Below the pieces are notes generated by a model. That model ran no database searches, was not told the origin of the DNA, and saw only the letters and a program-made list of their open reading frames with translations. A program made the translations under genes and the position numbers. From a virus (taxonomy: Duplodnaviria; Caudoviricetes), in the IMG/VR virus record IMGVR_UViG_3300017956_005956, positions 1 through 56,127 of that record: a DNA stretch of 56,127 nucleotides; one strand, given 5' to 3'. Shown one piece after another: positions 9,812 through 17,043 of the stretch (positions are counted from its first letter, which is position 1; each line of letters starts with the position of its first letter).

Positions 9812-11282
9812 AATATCCTGTAGTTTGAGTAAATTTTGATTTATGCTTCCAACCTAAATGCCTATCATACGATACTACTGGCAATGATCCTAAGATCATA
9901 GTTGGAAAATTTATATTTTCAATAAAATCAGAAAAAATCTTGTAAATTTTAAAATTAACATCATTAAATTGACTCAAATTTTTATCAGCCATTGTGTTAT
10001 CATAATCTGAAGTAAAATACAATAAATTAGAACTAAAAATATTTGAAATCCACAAAAATGTTTTTTCTTTTTTAGAAAAATAATTTATTTTTTCTATGCC
10101 TTGATTTGTTGTGATATCTGTCAACAAAAATTTAATCTTTTGTTGCCACAAAGATGTTTTAACTTTATCAAAAATACTTTGAAATTTATCTATATTTTTC
10201 CATTTTGTAAGCTCAGTTTGCCAAATTTCTTTTTCTCTAATCCATAAATCATTATTATCCATGATTTTTTGATACTCTAATTCATCATAATATCTAACAA
10301 ATTCCGGAGGCAAATCATGCTTAAAATTTTTTATTAAAATACTAGCAAAATAATTATTTGAAAAATTATTTTTTATAAATAAATCAAAATCTTCATACTT
10401 TGGTCCAGGCCATCTTGCCAAAACAAAAAATTTAAACATTAAAGATATTGCATTTATGTCATAAAACATTATTTCTTGATCATTATATTCAAGATTATCA
10501 AGAATCCAAAAAGAAAAGAACCCTGACGAAACAAAAACAAATTTATCAAACTTAATTTTTTCATTAATATTATTTAAATCTACTTCTTTTTCTAATATAG
10601 ATTTATTACTTGTAATGTAGTTATTATTTAAATTATTAATTATTTTTTGCTTACTTATGTAATCTTCAGTATTGTATACGTAAGCTTGTAACCCAAAACC
10701 ACTGATATAAACTTCTATTTGCTTTAACGAATGATATTTTGGCAATTCTTTCTTTATGTATGTATCAATATTTTTACAAATCCTATAATAATCATTATTT
10801 TTTTCCCAATAATGAACATTTATATTTTCAAATAATTCTTTTATATTAAGTTTTATATCCGGTAAAGATTTTAATTTCATGAAAATCTTTTCTAAATTAA
10901 AAATTGCAAAGTTTCCACCTTGACAAGTAGATGCAATCTCATAATCATTTTCAATCATATCTAATAAACTATCTTTAATTACCTTTAAACTTGGATAGAC
11001 TCCTATTTTAAAAAAAATCAAATAATTTTTTTTAATACTTAACTTTGAATCATCTGACAAAATCATACTATCATTATAGACATAATAAAATATATGAGAA
11101 AAACCAGCAATTTTAATTCTACTTGTCAAATCAACAGAGTTGACCTGCCTACATATTTCATATAAAAAATACTCATTACTTAAATGATTTAAAGCATGAT
11201 AATTTCTATCATCTAATCCTCCTTGCGAAGGATCTAACCCAAAATATACATTATTTTTCAATATTTTTTCAAAATCATTCAT
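9780..11282 (-). CDS. Hypothetical protein, paralogue 2 of a tandem triplet
   Basis: YVYNTEDY, FVSSGFFSFWIL, FYDIN, WPGPKY, TDIT, FLWISNIF. Confidence 0.75.
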   Translation of the reverse strand: MNDFEKILKNNVYFGLDPSQGGLDDRNYHALNHLSNEYFLYEICRQVNSVDLTSRIKIAGFSHIFYYVYNDSMILSDDSKLSIKKNYLIFFKIGVYPSLKVIKDSLLDMIENDYEIASTCQGGNFAIFNLEKIFMKLKSLPDIKLNIKELFENINVHYWEKNNDYYRICKNIDTYIKKELPKYHSLKQIEVYISGFGLQAYVYNTEDYISKQKIINNLNNNYITSNKSILEKEVDLNNINEKIKFDKFVFVSSGFFSFWILDNLEYNDQEIMFYDINAISLMFKFFVLARWPGPKYEDFDLFIKNNFSNNYFASILIKNFKHDLPPEFVRYYDELEYQKIMDNNDLWIREKEIWQTELTKWKNIDKFQSIFDKVKTSLWQQKIKFLLTDITTNQGIEKINYFSKKEKTFLWISNIFSSNLLYFTSDYDNTMADKNLSQFNDVNFKIYKIFSDFIENINFPTMILGSLPVVSYDRHLGWKHKSKFTQTTGYFDKGVNYFGE

Positions 11283-12823
11283 TTTTTTTCTAAATTTTTA
11301 ATATTATTATCTAAATTTATGTTTGTAACAAAGCCTCTTGTTTTATAAATCCTGGGCAAATAATTAAAATCTATATCATCTGTACACGTATAACTAAACG
11401 TTCCAAAAGACATATATTTTCCTTTAAATGATTTAATGTAATCATCCCTAAATTTTTTAAATAATGCAATATCAATATTATTTTCACAATCGTACCCTTG
11501 TCCAGATAACACATTTTGATAATTAAGATTTTCTAATAAACTTTTATAATCAAAAATATTAGAAGTCCAAATAAATGTTGTATTATCTTTTGTGTTATTA
11601 GCATAAAAATTTATTTTTTCAATGCCATCACGTGATGTTATATCACAAGTTACGTACTTTACTTTTCCTTTACCAGAAGCATACCTTACTATTTCAAAAA
11701 TTTCTTGAAAATCTTCTATACTATTCCATTTTTCTAACTCTTTCCTCCATAAAGTTGCTTGACTTTCTAAAAATTTTGTATCTAGGACATTATTTTTAAA
11801 AAAAGAATGTGAATCCTTGCCATTTTCTAAACCTAATAACGAGCTTGCAAAATAATTTTTACCTACAGAATTAAAAACAAACTGGTCAAATGGTACATAC
11901 TTAGGTCCTTTCCAATTAGCCAGCATAAAATCTCTAAAAATTACCGAAGAATTATTAATATCGTAAAATACAATTGTTTGTTTGCCTGTATACTTTAATT
12001 TTTGTAATAAATAAAAAGGATAAAAGCCAGCACTAACAAAACAAAATGAATCAAAATATAAGTCATTTTGTTTGATCATTTTTCCTAATTCTTCAAAATC
12101 AATAAAAAGATTTTTTTTGTTCCCATTAGCACATATATATTTTCCAGTGGTCAAATCATTTGTTAGATTATTTTTCGCATAATAATCTTCTGTGTTATAC
12201 AAATAGGTATTCTTACCAAATAATGACGAAAATATTTTATTAGCACCTATATAAATGCTATTAGGATCACTACTATTATACCATTCTAACCCTACTTCGT
12301 CATTGACATATTCTGTATTATGTTGAATTATATTTTTAAAAGTTAAATCATTTTCAAACAGATTTTTACTTTCTATTAATTTTTTTACATTTATTACTGC
12401 AAACCAAGGATTGTCTTTATTATCAATTAAAATAATTTTTTTACTTTTTTGTATTAATTGATAATACTTATAGATAAATTCTGTAGATGGATACGCACCT
12501 GGAAAAATAACAAATAAAAATTTTTCTTTTGCTACAATTTTATTTTTTTCTAAAACAAAAGAATTTTTAATTACACTAAGCAATGTTTTTTCAAATTGAT
12601 CATTTATATAAAAATGATTATGCATATCTCCATGATATACTAACTCATTAACTATATTATCTCTAAAAAATAATTTACTACTTTGAATTATTTCTTCTTT
12701 ATCTTCATTGTTTCCATAATTTTGTATAAAAGTAAACAAATAAAAAATTAATTTTTTATCCCGATATATACTATTAAACATTTTGATATCTCTTGATAAA
12801 ATTATTCCATGCGTTAAGTACAT
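11279..12823 (-). CDS. Hypothetical protein, paralogue 1 of a tandem triplet
   Basis: YLYNTEDY, FVSAGFYPFYLL, FYDIN, WKGPKY, CDIT, FIWTSNIF. Probable start is ATG 12781, a short overlap with the upstream gene. Confidence 0.75.
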   Translation of the reverse strand: MYLTHGIILSRDIKMFNSIYRDKKLIFYLFTFIQNYGNNEDKEEIIQSSKLFFRDNIVNELVYHGDMHNHFYINDQFEKTLLSVIKNSFVLEKNKIVAKEKFLFVIFPGAYPSTEFIYKYYQLIQKSKKIILIDNKDNPWFAVINVKKLIESKNLFENDLTFKNIIQHNTEYVNDEVGLEWYNSSDPNSIYIGANKIFSSLFGKNTYLYNTEDYYAKNNLTNDLTTGKYICANGNKKNLFIDFEELGKMIKQNDLYFDSFCFVSAGFYPFYLLQKLKYTGKQTIVFYDINNSSVIFRDFMLANWKGPKYVPFDQFVFNSVGKNYFASSLLGLENGKDSHSFFKNNVLDTKFLESQATLWRKELEKWNSIEDFQEIFEIVRYASGKGKVKYVTCDITSRDGIEKINFYANNTKDNTTFIWTSNIFDYKSLLENLNYQNVLSGQGYDCENNIDIALFKKFRDDYIKSFKGKYMSFGTFSYTCTDDIDFNYLPRIYKTRGFVTNINLDNNIKNLEKK

Positions 12824-13433
12824 GTTTTGCCCAAAAATTCATATTAATTTCTCCATGTACAATGATATGAATCCTGTCATGTTTTGAATTATTTTTTAAC
12901 TCGTGATTAAAAGCATTACAAAATAAAAAACAAGACCCGTCTTTAATAGGAATATTTCCCCAATTTTGAATATTAAAAAAACATTCTTTAGGTTGACTTA
13001 AAGAAAAATGGTAACATCCTAAATTATAATCAGACCTCAATGATCCATCTTTATTATTTGGTAAATCATTATGTAGTACAATGTGTCCTTCTGGCTTTAA
13101 TTTCATAAATCTAATCCTGTCAAAACGATTAAACAACCCAGAACTTAAAAAATTTTTTGTTACAGGACAATTTACAGCAATTTCTGTCCATTCAGGATTA
13201 GGATTATCAATGTTATATTTCGAATGATGATAAATTGATTTTTTTGCATCTCCATTGTGCCCATATAAAGAAATTACTTCCCAATTAACACAATTTCCTG
13301 TTCTATATGGCACATACTCTAACTTCTTAGCTTCGGCTAACATATCTAAATATGGAAACGTAATTGTGTCAAGCATTAACCAAGGAAGTTTAGACTCTCG
13401 TAACACCCATTGAGCTTGCTCTGCTAGGTACAT
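12774..13433 (-). CDS. Aspartyl/asparaginyl beta-hydroxylase-like 2OG-Fe(II) oxygenase
   Basis: RIRFMKLKPEGHIVLHND...FNHELKNNSKHDRIHIIVHG: HxD...H triad in a family-typical context. Confidence 0.8.
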   Translation of the reverse strand: MYLAEQAQWVLRESKLPWLMLDTITFPYLDMLAEAKKLEYVPYRTGNCVNWEVISLYGHNGDAKKSIYHHSKYNIDNPNPEWTEIAVNCPVTKNFLSSGLFNRFDRIRFMKLKPEGHIVLHNDLPNNKDGSLRSDYNLGCYHFSLSQPKECFFNIQNWGNIPIKDGSCFLFCNAFNHELKNNSKHDRIHIIVHGEINMNFWAKHVLNAWNNFIKRYQNV

Positions 13434-13435
13434 TT

Positions 13436-13747
13436 TTACTCCTTATGGAAAATATCTACAAATTTATCTCTATCTTTAATAATACAAGTTTTTTTACATT
13501 TTTCTACAGGCTCATTTGTATTCCATGATTCTTTAATTTCAGTGAATAATGCGCCATTAATAATTTCATCTATGGTCTGTTCATATAAACTATTATTATA
13601 CAATTTATTCAATTTACCAAATTTTGTTTTTGGCAGTTGACCTGCAGCCATATTTACTGCTTCTGCATTGACATAACAACAAGGAATTAATTCTCCTAAA
13701 TGATTAATAAAAAGTCTATTTTGATTACCATATTTACAATCAATCAT
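13436..13747 (-). CDS. Stand-alone SPASM/twitch-like Fe-S domain protein
   Basis: IDCKY...GELIPCCY...IKESW...CKKTC matches the C-termini of 4558..5661 and 15756..16823. GGAG RBS and ATGA overlap with the upstream gene. Confidence 0.8.
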   Translation of the reverse strand: MIDCKYGNQNRLFINHLGELIPCCYVNAEAVNMAAGQLPKTKFGKLNKLYNNSLYEQTIDEIINGALFTEIKESWNTNEPVEKCKKTCIIKDRDKFVDIFHKE

Positions 13748-14337
13748 GCCTTAATTTCTCCATTATTTTTACGATGAGAATATATTGTTCTAAATCTAGC
13801 AAATCCTTCGTTAATTGACATTTCACGTGCTTGATTTAACAAATGCTCATTATGGTTAAAAACAATAAATTGCCAGGTTGCTCTTCCACCGGCTTTGATA
13901 AATGCACGCCAATTATTTTGTACTTTTTTAAAATTTGATTTTACCCTATATTTTTGTAATGATTCTTGGTCAATACCGTCTATACCAAAAAAAACTGATA
14001 TTTGCCTATTTCCTAACTCTTTCCAAAATTCTTCGGTTTTTGTAGATCCGTTACTTGCAACATTTACACTTGTAAAATCTCTAAAATAATCTACTATCTC
14101 TATAAATTCAGGATGAGTAGTAGGTTCATCAACCGATCCACAAAAATTAATAATTTTCAGATTAGGAAGATATCCAGGATATATCCATTTTTTTAAATCA
14201 TATAATTTTATGTAAGACTTATTTAAAATATGGCTTATCTGCTTATTCATCTCTTGCCTTAAACAGCCAGGGCATGCAATATTACAATACGAAGTTAATT
14301 CAATATCAATCCATTCTATACTTTCTTTTGTCCACAT
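13744..14337 (-). CDS. Radical SAM core domain only (partner of the downstream SPASM-like ORF)
   Basis: CNIACPGC, CGSVDEPT, SNGS, FGIDG, WQFIVFNHNEH; colinear with the N-terminal ~190 aa of 15756..16823. Confidence 0.85.
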   Translation of the reverse strand: MWTKESIEWIDIELTSYCNIACPGCLRQEMNKQISHILNKSYIKLYDLKKWIYPGYLPNLKIINFCGSVDEPTTHPEFIEIVDYFRDFTSVNVASNGSTKTEEFWKELGNRQISVFFGIDGIDQESLQKYRVKSNFKKVQNNWRAFIKAGGRATWQFIVFNHNEHLLNQAREMSINEGFARFRTIYSHRKNNGEIKA

Positions 14338-15737
14338 TACAAAAAAATCTCTTTCATATCTGGAAAAATATCATTAAAATTTAATTTTCTTTGTACATCG
14401 CATTGTTTAATAAATTCTTGCATTTCAGGCAACCTAATACTCCAATCTTCTGATTCCATAAACTGTAACATTCCTTCTAGCCTACTAATTCCATAACTTG
14501 CATTTCTCCAATCAGTGTAAGAAATTTTATCTTTATGCCATCTAGGAATTCCTAACTTCCAATTATCCTCCCACCAAGGATAAAACTCTTCATATTTTTT
14601 GCGACATTTTTCTTTAAACCATTTTGGCAATATTTTAACGTTTAGATGTGGAGGATGATAAACAAAATGATAGTTTACACCTCCTGCACCAAACGGCCAC
14701 ATATTTACTTTGTTAAATTTTTGTTGTAATTTCCATTTTATAAAATCAGGTATGTAAAATATATTCAAGGCTTGGACTGCACAAGCTATTGTAACCTCTA
14801 CATTATTACTAGTTTCATTATCTAACAAATGAAATACTTCTTCAGTCCTATTCCATTGACTAGGATATCTAATATAATCATTCATTTCCTTAATACTATC
14901 AACACTATAATGAAATCTTACTAATTTAAATTCTTTCCATAGATCAAATAAATCATTTCTCCATTCTACACCATTAGAATTGTAACGTAATTCTAAATCT
15001 TTTGCATAACCCTGTTTTATACATTGTTCTAATATATCATAATGTTCTTCAATAATTAAGCTTTCGCCTCCTGCAAAATATATTTGCTGCATATTAGGAA
15101 TTTGTTCGTAAAACTGCTCCCAAAAAATAGGATTGTTTTTATGCCAATTATAACTACTTCCATTATAGCTACCTTTATCTTTCCATTGCATAGTTTCTTT
15201 TAAACTAGCATTTTCTATTTTTGGATATATTGCTTGCCAATCAGTTATCCAACCAGAGCTATCATGCGGGCTACACATTACACAAGCTAGTTGACATTTT
15301 GTTCCAAACCTTAAATCGATATATGTCAGTTTAGGAGGTACACTTCCGTCCTCATTTGTATCTACAATTAATTTATCAACATCGACTCTTTTGCTCCAAT
15401 ACCGTGTTTCCCACATTCTTTTACTGTTATGTCCTGCTGCTTCTTCCTTAAAACATTTTGTACAACTAGGTGGTATTTCTCCATTTAACATTTGTTTTCG
15501 TACATTTTTCATATATGTACTGTTCCAACTACTTACAAAATCACTGACATTTAAATTATTAGGTTTTCCGTCTTCAGTTTTTAAAATACCAACTTGTCCT
15601 CCATGTTCTCTGTCATTAGTAGGTCCTACAGAACTTGCATTTGCTGTGCAACAAACTCGCATACTTCCATCGGGTCTAGTGCTTAAATGAACCCAAGGTA
15701 AAATACAAAATGTAGATTTTTTATCGTCTAAATTCAT
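14337..15737 (-). CDS. Radical SAM protein with N-terminal twitch/SPASM-like domain
   Basis: FCILPW...RVCC...CTKC, CQLACVMC, FAGGESL, YNSNG. Confidence 0.9.
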   Translation of the reverse strand: MNLDDKKSTFCILPWVHLSTRPDGSMRVCCTANASSVGPTNDREHGGQVGILKTEDGKPNNLNVSDFVSSWNSTYMKNVRKQMLNGEIPPSCTKCFKEEAAGHNSKRMWETRYWSKRVDVDKLIVDTNEDGSVPPKLTYIDLRFGTKCQLACVMCSPHDSSGWITDWQAIYPKIENASLKETMQWKDKGSYNGSSYNWHKNNPIFWEQFYEQIPNMQQIYFAGGESLIIEEHYDILEQCIKQGYAKDLELRYNSNGVEWRNDLFDLWKEFKLVRFHYSVDSIKEMNDYIRYPSQWNRTEEVFHLLDNETSNNVEVTIACAVQALNIFYIPDFIKWKLQQKFNKVNMWPFGAGGVNYHFVYHPPHLNVKILPKWFKEKCRKKYEEFYPWWEDNWKLGIPRWHKDKISYTDWRNASYGISRLEGMLQFMESEDWSIRLPEMQEFIKQCDVQRKLNFNDIFPDMKEIFL

Positions 15738-15740
15738 ACC

Positions 15741-15748
15741 GTATTTAT
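15741..15748 (-). promoter_or_regulatory. Putative T4-type late promoter box (ATAAATAC)
   Basis: Minus strand reads AATAAATACGGT-ATG in the short intergenic gap before 15737; resembles the T4 late -10 box TATAAATA. Confidence 0.55.
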
Positions 15749-15755
15749 TGTTTAA

Positions 15756-16823
15756 TTATGTAAATTGTGCTGAATAAGGATCAAACTCTTTGCCGCATTT
15801 AATTGCACAAACTTTTAACTTTCCATCTAGACAGCTTTTTTTTGTCCAACTATTTTCTATATCTTTAAAAATATTTGATTCAAAAACTTTTTGTAAACCA
15901 TTTTTTGCATTAATTGCGGATTTGTTTTCTATAAAATTCCAAACCTGTTCTATTTTAGGATCTTTGTGCCACCATTTATACATCCTGCCAGCTGTCCAAC
16001 AACAAGGTAGTGCTAAACCTTCTGCAGTTATAAACAAACTACCTTCGTTCTTTACTTTACAATTTATTGGAACTACATCATAATAATTGTCCATAGTGCC
16101 ATAATTTTCTAATATAGTAGGTAACTTTTTTACAGCAGTATTTTGAAATTCGTCTTTAGGTTTTGCAAGCTCTGCAGTCTTTTTACCTTTTTTATTAACT
16201 GCTTGATGTGTGTCCTTTACTTCAACATTTGCCGTTACAAATCGACCAGTTTTTTTCTTAATAAATTTTTCAAAACCCCATTCTTTACTAAGACGCTCCG
16301 CTTCTTCTACTTGATGTTGATTATGATCAAAAATTAAAAAATCCCAACGTCCTCTACCACCTGCACTTGTAAAACTACGCATTGATCTTTCTACGTTTTC
16401 CCAAACTACACCTTGTCTGTAGATATGATTAGTATCTTGCAACCCATCTACACTAAAAATTACAGCACCCATCCTGCCATAAATCTTAGCAAGCTCTTGC
16501 CACCAATTCTCATCTCTAGCACCTGCATTTGTATTCATACTTAACCACATTTTAGAATTATTCCTCCTAAAATATTCAAAAACCTCTAATGTATCACGAG
16601 CAACAATTGGATCGCCTAAATTACCGCACATATACATTGTAGATAATTGCGAAATAAAATCCGGTGTGAATATATTTTTTACATCATTAATTGTTAATTC
16701 ATCTAAGTTTATGTGAGGATTTAATGCACCCCCATTTTGATTCCTATCACACATAGGACATGAAGCTTGACAATTTTGAGTTATTTCTAAATGAATTGTT
16801 TTTATATCTCTATAATTATACAT
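15756..16823 (-). CDS. Radical SAM protein with C-terminal SPASM/twitch-like domain
   Basis: CQASCPMC, CGNLGDP, NTNAG, FSVDG; C-terminal INCKV...LPCCW...CAIKCG. Confidence 0.9.
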   Translation of the reverse strand: MYNYRDIKTIHLEITQNCQASCPMCDRNQNGGALNPHINLDELTINDVKNIFTPDFISQLSTMYMCGNLGDPIVARDTLEVFEYFRRNNSKMWLSMNTNAGARDENWWQELAKIYGRMGAVIFSVDGLQDTNHIYRQGVVWENVERSMRSFTSAGGRGRWDFLIFDHNQHQVEEAERLSKEWGFEKFIKKKTGRFVTANVEVKDTHQAVNKKGKKTAELAKPKDEFQNTAVKKLPTILENYGTMDNYYDVVPINCKVKNEGSLFITAEGLALPCCWTAGRMYKWWHKDPKIEQVWNFIENKSAINAKNGLQKVFESNIFKDIENSWTKKSCLDGKLKVCAIKCGKEFDPYSAQFT

Positions 16824-17043
16824 TTTCTGTTAGTAACTTAATGTCTTTTCCTGGTCCTACTTCGCTAGGCAATCCACCATACTCTTTCATATACCATTCT
16901 ATAACAGTTTTATACCAATTTTGACTATCGTGATGTGCTTGTTTATTAAATTGATATATATTATTATTTGTTGCTTCTATTGTAGCTAACGCACGAGAAC
17001 TTTCTTTTTGTAGCTTTCTTAGACTAAAATTTTCTAAATTCAT
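16816..17043 (-). CDS. Small hypothetical protein (75 aa)
   Basis: Fills the gap between two enzyme genes, with an ATGA overlap upstream and an 8-nt overlap downstream. Confidence 0.65.
   Translation of the reverse strand: MNLENFSLRKLQKESSRALATIEATNNNIYQFNKQAHHDSQNWYKTVIEWYMKEYGGLPSEVGPGKDIKLLTENV

Noticed and set aside
1959-17043. Classical RiPP cluster
   Set aside because: No clear precursor peptide, peptidase or transporter is visible; kept only as a low-probability option for the 75-aa ORF.
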